From Callorhinchus milii (taxonomy: Eukaryota): a stretch of DNA of 64,000 bases. The notes under the pieces are model-generated. The model saw only the letters and a list, made by a program, of their open reading frames with translations. It was not told the origin of the DNA and ran no database searches. The translations under genes were made by a program, and so were the position numbers. The number at the start of each line of letters is the position of its first letter. Position 1 is the first letter of the stretch. Shown in pieces: positions 38,275-50,030 of the stretch. The stretch lies in contig NW_024704742.1 of the NCBI RefSeq assembly GCF_018977255.1, positions 62,622,001 through 62,686,000 of the forward strand, written 5' to 3'.

Positions 38275-38612
38275 GAAATCCCTTCAAACCTTGACACCCC
38301 CTACCTTTCTGACTTGTTTTCTCCCCATTCCACTACGCGCAGCCTCTGCTCAGCTGTCTGGGCTCCTGTCTCCCTTGTCTCTTCTGCTCCACTATTGGTG
38401 GCCACGCTTTCAGCCACTATGACCCGAAGCTTTGGACCTCTTTGTCCCCTCCTTCTCTTCTTTTAGATCATGACTGAAGAGCTTCCTCATCGACCATGCT
38501 GATGGTCACCTCCTCCTTCCCCCTGACTTGGAGTTAGGCTATGCCACTGTTAAGCGCTCCGAGACAATGCTTTGTGTGACAGGCGCTATATAAATGCAAT
38601 TTGTTGTTGTTT
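38275..38612 (+). mobile_element. Old L2 3' fragment
   Basis: PYLSDL, CTTTCAGCCACTATG and GGCGCTATATAAATGCAATTTGTTGTTG tail. Confidence 0.75.
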
Positions 38613-39169
38613 TTCCCTTTCTCTATGAGCTCCTTGTATCCCACTTCCCTGACCAGCCCCTCAGCCCAGCTAACACAGGCCGGCTGTATGTCCCCATTCC
38701 CTCTTATTCAGTCTTCAGTCTGGATGAAGAGTATTAGGGGGTCCACGGAGAGATCAGGGAATTCGGTTAAGGATTGATACAGAAACAAATACTAACACTA
38801 GTACAATAGGTCAGATGTCTTTTTATTGTGTGGTACTCTTCTACTGTTCAATCTCTAAAAGTTACACCACTTCAAACTCAAGATAAAATATATTAAATCT
38901 GGCCATTTTTCCAGTTCCCAACTTGTTGCTCCAAGAAACAACAACAACAACAAGATTCCATTTATAAAGAAAGTAACTGTTTGAAATATTAATTTGCCAT
39001 TCCATTCAATCTCCAGCAATTGAAGTCAATGCAAATATCATCTTCCCATTTCCTGCAATTCTTATTTATTCAAATGCTCCGAGATGCTACCCTGCGTGAA
39101 GTATGCAATATAAATGCAAGCTATTGTTATTGTTATTTAAAGAACTGCACATCAGTTTCTTTAAAACGT

Positions 39170-39715
39170 CCTACTAGCTATATTCCCAATTATTAATTTC
39201 CATGCCTTTTTATCCCATCATTCAAATTAAAATCTCTCTTCATACCTTTCCAACCCTTCGTTAAATCATTCCTTCTGTATTCTCTAAACATTTGCACATA
39301 CAATTCATATCATCATTCTGCCTTAATCAATTCTCTATTGGACCAATTATATTCACCTTTTGACTCCATAACTCCGTAACTCTAATTTACGAATCAGATA
39401 TTATTTTAATGCATTTCAGTATATTATGAACCGAATAGTTGCTTATTTTTCTATTTGTAACACTTTAGTTTCTTCAGAGTGAATTAGTATTCTCTCTTCA
39501 TATCTTTTCTCCTGTTTTAATTTGTCTCTCTTCCTTTCTGGTTTTAAATATTCCACAATTGCTTTGCAGAAACTCACACCCAGTGTTAGAATTATTCATT
39601 TGATTTATTTATTAAGCATTGGTCCATCCTTGCTAAATAATTCATTCCTTCACCAATTACCCATCTGAGATTCAATGTGTTAGATTCCTTATATTTTGCA
39701 TAATTGCGGAGTATC
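39170..39715 (-). mobile_element. Possible degenerate L1/Tx1-like ORF2 C-terminal relic
   Basis: A-rich minus strand with fragments such as LTKGWKGMKRDF and WDKKAWKLIIGNIAS; no diagnostic motif. Confidence 0.3.
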
Positions 39716-39717
39716 TC

Positions 39718-42700
39718 AACAACAACAACTTGCATTTATATAGTGCCTCCCATGCATCCCAGCATCCAAGAGCACTTAATAATGGTGGAGCTGGATGCCT
39801 AGCCAGGGGAAGGGGGGAAGGTAGCCATAGGCACAGTTGAAGAGGAAGGTCTTCAGGTGCAACCTGAAAATGGGGAAAGAGGGGTCAAGGCGAAAGGATT
39901 GAGGGAGGGAGTTGCATAGCTTTGGGGGTAGTGGCTGAAAGTACCATTGCCGATGGTGCAGCGGAGGATTCAAAGGACAATGAGGAGGCTGGAGTCAGTA
40001 GAGCGGTGGCAGCGTGTAGTGCTGTGAGGAGGCAGGGGATTGGAGAGATAGGGTGGTGCCAAGGCATGGAGGGATTTAAACATTAGAGTGAGGATCTTGA
40101 AGTCAATCCGCTCTGTGACAGGGAGCCAATGGAGTTTGGCAAGGACTGGCGTAATTGGGGTGTGGAGTTTAGTGCGGGTGAAAATGCAGGGGTAGAGTTT
40201 TGGATGAGTTGAATTTGTGAATATTGGAGGAGGGGAGCCCAACAAGGAGGGCATTTGAATAGTCCAGCCGAGAGGTGACAAAGGTGTGGATGAGGTTTTT
40301 CTTCAGCTTATGGTGTGAGGTATTGTTGTAGATGGGCAACTTGGCAGAAGTGGAGGAAAGCAGTCCTGGCCAGGGACCAGATATGGGGGAGGAAGGATAA
40401 CTGGGATCGAACCTAACACCTAAGTTGCGCACGGGAGTTTTAAGGACAGATCGAGTAGGTTGAGAAGGTCTGAATTGCAAGACAGAAGGTGTCAATGGTT
40501 GTCAAAGAGTTTGGCTTAAGTCTTGCTGACGTTTAACTGCAAAAAAATTATGCTCATCTAGGCCTTGATGTCTGTCAGACAAGCTGACAGAAAATCGGAG
40601 AACTGGGGTTTGCAGCTGGAGGAGGAGAAGCAGAGTTGAGTGTCATCTGCATACATGAGGAAGTTAACTCCTTGTCTATGGATGACATCGCTGAGAGGGA
40701 GAGCATAGATAAGGAAGGGAAGGGGGCCAAGGATGGGCAAGAAGAAAACCCATTTGCAGAAATGTAGTGCTGGCAGTTTATAAGGTAGGACTCAAACCAA
40801 GTGAGTGGGTCCCACTGAGGTGGATGATGGAGGAAAGGCGGTGGAGGAGGATGGCATGATCAACTGTGTCAAATGCGGTGGCGGGAGATCCAGGAGGACG
40901 AGGAGGCAGAGGGAGCCCTGGTCACAGATAGAGAGGACATTATTGTGACTTTCACAAGCGCTGTCTCTGCATTGTGGGCAGGGCGGAAACCAGAATGGAG
41001 GGCTTTGACTAGGGTGTGGAGAGTGCGCGAAGTTAGTTGGCAGTTCCAGAGCTTTGGCCAGGAAGGGGAGATTTGGGATAGGACAGTTGTGCATGAGGTT
41101 GGAGGGATCAAGGAAAGGTTTTTTTAAGGTTGGGGGTGATAACAACGGTTTTGAGGGGGAGTGGGACTGATCCTGAGGAGGACTGGTTAATGGTGTCTGC
41201 CAGCAGTGGGCAGAGGCAGGGGAGGTGGGCGATCAGCAGTTGGGTGGGGAGGGGGCCAAGACAGCAGGTGGTGGGTTTTATCAGGGTGATGGAGGAAGAG
41301 AGGGAGGAAGGAGAGATGGGGGCAAAGGAATGTAGGATGGGGGCCATGGTAGGAGGTGAAGAGGGGGTGGATGAAGGAGATGGAATGGGGGGTTTGGGGG
41401 TGATAGGTGACATGGAGGAGGATGAGGCTGCCAGGCAGATGTTTTCTATTTTAGAGGTAAGGAAGTTCATGACCTCTTCACACTTGGCGCTTGATGTAAT
41501 GATTGAGGATGCTAGAGGGGGCACACGAAGGAGATGGTGGGTGGTGGAGAATAGGATTTTGATGTTTGAGTAGTGTGCAGTTTTTGCTTGCAAGAGGGAG
41601 TGGCGGTAGATGTGAAAGTGCTCGAGCCACAGATGGTGGTGAACCCTGAGGCTGGGTTTCTATCACATGCGCTCGAGCGACCGGGTTTGTAGTTTTAAGG
41701 AGCGGCTGTTATACCTGGGAGAGGTGGGTTTGGAGACGGTCCTGGATTTCTGGGGGATGAGGGAGTTGAAGGTGGGGGAGAGGTGATCATCGAGTAGCTT
41801 GATCACTGCATCAGGGTTACTGTGGGTGGAAGGCCAGAGGGAGAGGAGGTCTAAAGATGAGAGGGCATTTGTGAGGATCTTGGGGGGAAGCCTTTTCCAT
41901 CGGTGGAATAGCATGGTGGAGGGCTTCGTGGAGGGGAGAGGGATGCGAGAGGAGAAAGGAGACAGAAAAATGGTCTGAGATGGTCTTGTCCATGATAAAC
42001 AGACCGGAGGTATCTAATCCATGGGTGATAATGAGGTCTAGGGATTGGCCATGGTTATGGGTCGGAGAATTTATATGGAGGGTGAGATTTAGTGTGGAGA
42101 AGAGTGCAGTGAGGTCAGAGGAAGTGGAGCAGGAGGAGTTGAGATGAAGGTTGATGTCGCCCATCATGAGCACACGTTCAGTGCAGAGGGACAGGGATGA
42201 GAGGAGAGAGGAGATGTCCATGAGGAAGGAGCCAGGAGGTTTGGAGGGGTGGTACACAAGGAGGATTTTGAAGGAGAGAGAGGAGGGATGGTAGAGGGTG
42301 ATGTGCTTGAAAGAGGGGAAACAGCCAGAGGAATAGGGGGATAAGTTAAAGGAGGTTTGGAAGATGAGAGCCACCCCACCCCCACAAGTTGGGGCGGGCG
42401 TTGTGGAGGAATGTATAGCTGGTGGGGGGAGGCTTCGATGAGGTGGACAGGGTGGCTGGGGGACAGCCAGGTTTACGTGAGCCCTAGGGCGTTGATATGC
42501 TCATCCAGAATGAAGTTGTGGAATGCAAGGTCTTTGTTTGAGAGTGAGCGGACATTTTGGAGGACGATGCGGGTGGGGGGCACTGATGGAATTCGATGCT
42601 GGCGGAAGGGGCTTGGGGTTGCAGACTGTGAGAGAAAAGTGACTTTGGAATTTGGCGGGGGGGAGAAGAGTTGTGAAGGGTGTGGATGTGGATGAGAAAT

Positions 42701-43190
42701 GCAGGGGAGGGTCTTGTTTAATGAATGGGCGATGGGACAACCAATGATGTGTACTGTGATGAGCATGGTGGAGGATACATAGGCTGGAGCAGAGGGAGGC
42801 AGTGGACAAGTCCAGGAAAGAGAGAAGATGAGGAGGGCGATAGGAGAGGAGAATGGAGGTCACATAGGTGGGGAGTAGAGTTTGGGGCATTTTGGTGCTC
42901 ATGCATGTCTGGACCTGGAGCAAGCGGTCACCTGGACATGGTCAGCGCATGGGCATGGAGGAGGCTAGAGACAACTCAGAGGGGATGAGAGTGGGTGACA
43001 CTCATAACGTTATTTGTTGAGTTAGACAGAATTCCAGCCCAATACATAGTAAAGAGTGGGAGAAAGTTGAGAGAGAGAAAGATAGAACGATGCACGGAAA
43101 TGACATCATGCAGGGGTTGGTTTGAACGGGGAGGTTCGAAATGGCTGCCTCAGTGCCTGGCGCCTGGCGGCATCTCCTGGCGTCCTGGCC
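39718..43190 (-). mobile_element. Apparently full-length (~3.5 kb) degenerate L2 LINE
   Basis: GC-rich 5' end, EN start [56 protein letters not shown] and (TTG)n tail. Confidence 0.93.
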
Positions 43191-43219
43191 AATAATCTCC
43201 AGATAAAACTAACAATTCA

Positions 43220-43540
43220 CTTCATGGATGTTCAAATCCTTTCATGCCCTCACTCCATCCTAACTCCGTGACCTCCTTCACCCTACCACCCTGCCACTTT
43301 CTCTGCTCAGTGCACGCCATCTTGCTTCATATTCCTTGTCTGTCTCGCCCACCATCAGTGGAGAAACTTTCAGTCATTTTGCCCCCATAGAATGACTAAA
43401 TCCTTTGTTACCTTCCCTCCAATAACCCACTAACTTTCTGAGCGCCCCATACCCCTAGCTTAGGTTCACTGTTGGCTATGTAAAGAGCTTAAAGATGTCC
43501 TCCGACATGAAAGGCACTATATAAATATAAAGTTGTTTTA
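43220..43540 (+). mobile_element. Old L2 3' fragment
   Basis: TTCAAATCCTTTCATGCCCTC.. and GATGTCCTCCGACATGAAAGGCACTATATAAAT tail. Confidence 0.7.
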
Positions 43541-44557
43541 TGTGGGCAAATTGGCTTCTAGGTTAGCTTACAAATACACAATCTCTTTACTTCACAGAAA
43601 CCTGTGTGAGGTACTTTGAGAGGTTTTGATTTCATAGGCACTGTACCAAATAGAATGATTATTATATAATTATTCATTGCTCCAACCAGATGTTGAAGCA
43701 TGTTATCCAGCTCAGTTTTACAGCGTCAAAAGATAGCTTGGTAAGTATCTTAAACAACATTAATTTTACTCTGCAATTTCTTCAACCTCATAAACATTCT
43801 TTTTGAGGATTGTAGATTGCCTGTCATTCATAAAAAAAATTGCAAGACAGGCATCTGCCATATGCTCCTGAACAAGCTGCTGAGATCATTATTACCATAC
43901 AGTAATGTGACTCATTTTACACCTGGACCACCCCGCTTGTTTTATCTTGCCTACATATGTCTCTGTCCCTCTATCTAATCTTGAATCGCCAACAAGATTA
44001 CTTTTCCCTGATTATCTTTTGTTAGTGCTGGTTTGCTGAAGGCACTTTGTGTGTGTGCTATGGCATGCGTCCAATCTGATACTTTTTCTTCTCTCTACTT
44101 GCAGGTGAATGAAACCTTTCAGAATAGACACGCAAACAGCACTGCAGTCAGCACAGTGCGTTGAAATCAAAGCGAAAGATATTGAGATGAAATATTTAAG
44201 GCATGGTGTGATAATTACTGCAATGATGTGATAATTGCTGCCTGTGATAATTATCACATCATACCACTCAATTTTCACCCCATGGGGCTGGAGATCACAT
44301 GGATAAGAAATATTTTTGACTGCTGTGATATGTAATGAGGTTCTTGCAAAATTCTTACTAAGATACTGTTTCCTCACTACTAATGCATGTTTTCAAAGTC
44401 ACAAACAGCTCCAAATAAGTCAATGCTTTGACTCATTCCACCATGTTGATACTCTATGACAAATGAAAGTGTTATTTGCTACAAAAACAGACGGAAGATT
44501 TTGTAGGGCAGAGGTGCTTGGTAATCGCAAGCAATGGTGAACATTTGAAACAAATGT

Positions 44558-44920
44558 GGAGTCATGTAGCCTATTGGTTAGAGCACTTGCCTCACAAGCG
44601 AGAGGACTTGAGTTGGAATCCTGGGCAGGGCGAAATGTTGGGCAAGTTTCCTTGCTCCATGCGCTTCTGTTTACCTGGTAGAAAGTAGGAATCTGGTTGT
44701 TATTCGATTGTCGGATTGCTTTCCTGGGGGTAATGATCCCTTCAAAATAAATAAAATAATAATTTGGTCCCTCAATCGATGACTGTTTGTGGGACACTGC
44801 TGTGTGCAATTGGCTGCTGTGTTTCATCCACAAAATATAAAGTCAATTTACTTTATAGTTTATTCTATAAAGGCTTTGAGATGTGATAAGGTTCTATATC
44901 AAATGCAAGGATTATTATTA
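44558..44920 (+). mobile_element. SINE family A (long variant)
   Basis: Head, internal GTAGGAATC segment and tail. Confidence 0.88.
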
Positions 44921-46373
44921 CCATTGTTGTAATAATTAGAATATTCCTTGCCTTTGATATTGCGCCTTATCACATACATCTTATATAGCGCTTCATAGGA
45001 TTTTACTGTGAAGTAAAATCACAGTAGAAACTGCATTTGTAAGCCAATTTGCGCACAACCAATGAAGTGAGTGTCTAATTTACTTGGGGGATTGTTGGCC
45101 AGGACTCCAGTAGAAATTCCCTTCTCTGCACCAAAATTAAACAGATTATATATGATTTGTGGAAAGAACAGACCATATATAATCTGTTCATTGGCCTTTT
45201 CTCATTATCATATTAATGATGATCCTGAATCACATAAAAACTGTTAAAGATGGTCTCTAACACTGCAGTACTTTTGTAGATGCTTGTTTGTCAAAATAAT
45301 TGATGTTGGGCTGTAAGTCTTTTAAAATATCAAAATATACAGTGATTTCAGTTCAATTATTGTTATCTGTCCCCAATAACCGGGCAATTTTCTGTTTTTC
45401 ATTCACTTATGGCAAGCATTTACTACCTCGTTAAAGCTACACAAAAAATAGACAAAAAGAGAAAAGCTTCTTTGGCCCATCAACTCCACAAATCATATCT
45501 AATCTGTCTGATCTTGGATTTCATTCAGCTAATTTACGTACTTGCAGAGTTCTGTAGAGTTTATCCATGTTTCCAACAATAGTTCAGGCAAACTCCAAAA
45601 TACCTGTCTAATATCATACGTTGTGCATACTTAGCCTGACAATTCTAAGGTCACTGCAGTTGAAGAAACATTGTGCTCCATGGAGTTTGATCATCTCCAC
45701 TTTCACTTAAACTCAAAAAGCAAGAAGCACTCTAGCACCATTCGTATGCAATAATAATGATATTGTGAAGTACAGACCTCAATGTCAAACCTAATATGTG
45801 TTGCATTAGGATCGCATGTTTGACAACAAACTTGAATTGTAGCAGTGATTCACCACAAATCCTACATTATAAACAGAAGTAGAGCTGACTGGAATTGTGC
45901 TATAATATTGCCCATAAAATGACCTGGAAAACTTAGCTTTAGGATTGATTTTAATTCACCCAAATGTGGTATAGTCGTGACTAATGCAAATCACATAGGG
46001 CTTATCTGCCATGATCTCCTGAGAGCTCTCGAGCAAACCATTAAAAACAACCAGGGATCTCTCAACAGACCATTATTAATGCCATTAATAGTACTGTTTG
46101 TGTGAAATAGATATTTATATGTTTTTATAGCCCCAATGTGATGTGACAACAACAACAACAACAACTTTGATTTATATAGCGCCCTCCACACCGGACGACA
46201 TATCAGAGTGCTTACACGGAATGACATGGAGTAGATAGTATGCCAAAGTGTCTCCATTCCACATCATACAACTAATAGGGCAAAGCAGCTGCAAGGTGCA
46301 GCTTGGCTCACTTGATGCCACTCTCCCGTGGGATTTTATTCCATTTAGGGACTTTGAGCTCATGATCTAAGCC

Positions 46374-46562
46374 ATCATGGCCAGCCCATGACCTGTGGAC
46401 CAGAAGTGGCCCATAGAGGCCGTTAAGATGTTGGCCACCAAACATTCACACTAATCGAAGCGAGACTGTTTTAAATCAATATTTTGCTTCCAGTAGCTAT
46501 TGAGTGGCAATGTTTGGTGTGGCCATTAAACAAAAAATATTTATTCAGTTGGCCAACCAGAA
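46374..46562. mobile_element. Possible hAT/Charlie-like MITE inside a DeuSINE (46275-46630)
   Basis: Imperfect terminal ATGGCCAGCC...AGTTGGCCAAC with subterminal GTGGCC motifs, next to an ATCTAAGC site. Confidence 0.45.
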
Positions 46563-46639
46563 AGGTTTCAGATGAGACATTAAACCTCTCCATCTTTTCA
46601 GTTTGGACATCAAAAATTTCACTATGTGATTCAAAGTTT

Positions 46640-46940
46640 TAATTTTTTTTTGGTTAGCCAGGTGTCCGACACATACAGAAACCCATAACCATGCTTAAGA
46701 GTATCCAAACCCTATTGAGAATTCCATGCAAGCCACCTACACAAGGTTATTCTTGAATGGAATGCATACTCTGTCTCTTGAGGGATGCATCCTGCTTATC
46801 TAATTCTGGAGAAAATTAGGTGCATATTGGCAAGAGCAATGGCTTAAGGACCCTGGAGTGTCCTCAACAACCAAATCCCACAACAACACGTCTCCCAACA
46901 GCCAAAAAGATAAGACCATATAGTTTGCCATGTCTGACAA
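46640..46940 (-). repeat. Family U 3' part
   Basis: T-run followed by GGTTAGCCAGGTGTC..CCATGCTTAAGAGTATCCAAAC. Confidence 0.75.
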
Positions 46941-46959
46941 GTACAATGAGGATTGAAAA

Positions 46960-47170
46960 CAAATTCAAAAGAGAAGGAAGTTTCTCCCAGTAAAAAAGAT
47001 GAACATCTCATCTGAAGGATGACACCAATGCATTGCTCCCACAGAGTTCCAATGGAATTTTAGCGTGGATCATGAGCTCAAAGTTGTGACGTGGGGCTCG
47101 AAGTCACAAATACAAGCCACAACCCTCTGATTCAGAGGTGGCAATGATATGAACTGAGCCAGGCTGACTC
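46960..47170 (-). mobile_element. DeuSINE-like head and core
   Basis: ACATCTCATCTGAAGGATGACACC..CTGAGCCAGGCTGAC. Confidence 0.65.
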
Positions 47171-47429
47171 TACCTGGAACAGAATTACTTTTGAAACAAG
47201 GTTGGATAGTTATTTCTGGAAGATAAACTGTCCGAAACAATTTGGTTGAGACTCTACATTAGGGACCGCAAAAATGAGAAAATTGCTAAAGGTAACTGTT
47301 ATCAACAAATGGGGCCTGACTGACCCAGCTGACATTGAACTGTTTGGATGGAGAAAAGGAGCCAGCAAAGTAAGATAGAGTGAGTTGAATGTGGTCAATT
47401 TCAATTTGAATGAAGTGAGCAGGGGTCAT

Positions 47430-47770
47430 CCTAGAGGGAAGAAATTAATTTATTCAGGCTTTTTGATATCGCATGAAAGCAGGGTGGATAACATATTAGA
47501 TTTCATGATTTCAAAGGAAACGGTCAGTACCCTAGGGGTGGGAAAATATTCAGACATAAGGGATTGCAATATTAATGTTATGAGGTTTGACATATTGGAA
47601 AAGCTGCAACAAAAAAAGGGGAATTAGCATGCTGGACTTCAGGAGTACAAACTGTAGTTCGGCAAGAGAAGATCTAAGGCAAACTAATTGAGACGATGCA
47701 GTGGATGTCAAAACTGAAGAGAACTGGAAATGTCCTTGAGATATTATTAGAGAATCCCAGTATGTCTGAG
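47430..47770 (+). mobile_element. CR1 ORF2 endonuclease-end relic
   Basis: NILDFMI..VGKYSD..MRFDI, then LDFR and EENWK-like fragments. Confidence 0.6.
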
Positions 47771-48518
47771 TGATTAAAATTTAGAGAATTGTAGGGTGTG
47801 AAATTGCGACTTAATAGATATTGTTAATAATTAGCACATCATTGATAAATGTTGACAGCGGGGGCCAATTGATCACTAAAGACAATGAGTTCACACCCCA
47901 CAGATCACAATTTTCACCCCATGAAAAGAATAGAAAGTTTTCAACACGGAAAGAAGCCATTCAGTCCATCAAGACCAATTGCAGTTGCATTGGTCCCAAC
48001 AATCCTGTTTCATGGAACTGTCCCCTCATCCCAACAATGCCCCACCCCAACAACCAAATCCCACGACAACCCTTCTCCCAACAACCAAACCCTGTAATAA
48101 TGCTTCCACCGACACTTCCGGCCACAACAACCCCTGTGACAATATTCGGGGAGGGTCCTCACTGATTGAAAGAGATGTGAACCAATGGCAACCCCTGGTC
48201 TTTATCAGGTACGATTGATGAATATTACACTGATGTAATCTGTCATTGTTTGGTGTTATGATTTTCTAACATGTTTATGCAGTTTTATTTTAGCTATTGT
48301 GATTATACTCTTTTTGAACAGAACTGTGAGTGAACACAAAAGTTGCTTTATGAAATAAGACTAACTTTTGACACTGATACTCTTATTAAAACTATATTGA
48401 TTAATATAAAACTTTATTAGTCATAGATTAGGATTTTCATTCATTTGTATTATCTTAGTAAACTAAAGGGACACAAATTGTTTTTTTCATAGTTTAGGGT
48501 AACTCACTCAGGACTTGT

Positions 48519-48835
48519 GGAGTCCTGTAGCTCAGTGGTTAGAGCACTCGCTTTGCAAGCGAGAGACCTGAATTCAATTCCAGGCAGGGCGAAACCTTGG
48601 GCAAGTTTCCTTACTCTACACGCCTAATAATAATCCCTCCAAAACCAAAAACAATAATAAATTGGTCATTTTCAATCCATGACTGTGTGTGGGACATTGC
48701 TGTGCACAATTGGCTGCCGCGTTCGCCCACAAATATACAGTCAATTCACTTTACAGTGTGTTCTGTGAAGCACTTTGCGACGTCCTCCCGACGTGAAAAG
48801 CGCTATATCAAATGCAAGGATTTTATTATTATTAT
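48519..48835 (+). mobile_element. SINE family A, full-length short variant
   Basis: GGAGTCCTGTAGCTCAGTGGTTAGAGCACTCGCTTTGCAAGCGAG head; near-identical to 35597. Confidence 0.93.
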
Positions 48836-49721
48836 AAGACAAAATTTGCCCTCCTCTACACTCCACCATGGGATTAGCCATGGGGAAAGAAAGAGAGCAT
48901 CATAGCTGACCAAATTTGGTTGTGTATCAACCTGGCTCCATTTGTTCCAGAGTTTTGGGGCAAAGTGGCAGAAAGCACAATTGGCGATGGTGAGGCGGAT
49001 GGGACGAGGGCTGTGTAGCAGGCTGAGGAAAGGGATCAGGTAATGGAGTTTGGTGTAAGCAGCTCGGAAGTAGTGAAGTGCGAGGGGATGAATTGATTTA
49101 TATGTAAGTGTGAGGATCTTGAAATCAAAAAGAATAAATCATAAACAATGTTGGTTAAAGGGGAAAATTAACTATTTATAGTTATATTTAATTATATTGT
49201 AGCTGAGGATTAATTACATAGACTATCTCTGAAGAACAAGACTGACAAATTAGCAACAGAAGATCAGGTCATGACTGTAATTTTTAATGTAATTTCTTTA
49301 GTCCTGTCCTAACAACAGAGAACAGGATCATCTGTGATCTTACAATGAAAAGGGCCGGGGCATTAAGGGAAATGCCCAGGGAAGAAAGATATTAGCAGTG
49401 GAAATGTTATTAAAAAGTTGAAGGTACTTCAAGCAAGCATACAGACCTCATAGCATGAGCCCAGAAATTCCTAAAACTTTGTCAGAATTCAGTTTGATGG
49501 CCTTTCTTGTTCCTCAATATAGACAGTGAGAAAAGAACTTGCAATTTTAAAGTGCTTTATCATGTCATGTCATCTCAAAGGGCTTCACAAGTAATTACTG
49601 TCAAGCGTATTGACTGGTTTTGTAAACCAACCATTTGGTTGAATTCTGACAAAGGTTTAGGAATCTCTGGGTTCATGCTAAGAGGTCTGTATGCTTGCTT
49701 GAAGTACCTTCAACCTTTTAA

Positions 49722-50030
49722 GGAGTCCTGTAGCTCAGTGGTTAGAGCACTCGCCTCACAAGTGAGAGACATGGGTTCGATTCCCGGCAGGGTGAAGTGT
49801 TGGGCAAGTTTCCTTACTCTACATGCCTGATAATAATCCCTCAAGAAAAAATAAATAAAAATAATAATTTGGTCACTCAAGCCAAATTGTTTGTGGGACA
49901 CTGCTGTGCACAATTGGCTGCCATGTTTCGCCCACAAAATATTCAGTCAATTCACTTTACCTTATATTCTGTGAAGTGCTTTGAGACATATAGATGTGAA
50001 AAGCACTATATCAAATACAAGGATATTATT
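49722..50030 (+). mobile_element. SINE family A with intact Pol III A and B boxes
   Basis: TAGCTCAGTGG and GGTTCGATTCC. Confidence 0.92.

Noticed and set aside
44012..44377. 121-aa minus-strand ORF as an exon
   Set aside because: No similarity to GALNT or any family I recognise, and no matching splice boundaries.
47990..48140. CRISPR-like array of CCCAACAA units
   Set aside because: Vertebrate context, short degenerate units, irregular spacing and no cas genes; low-complexity repeat.
49722..49795. tRNA gene (A box, anticodon arm, B box)
   Set aside because: No proper acceptor stem or terminator; followed by the SINE body shared with about 20 copies.
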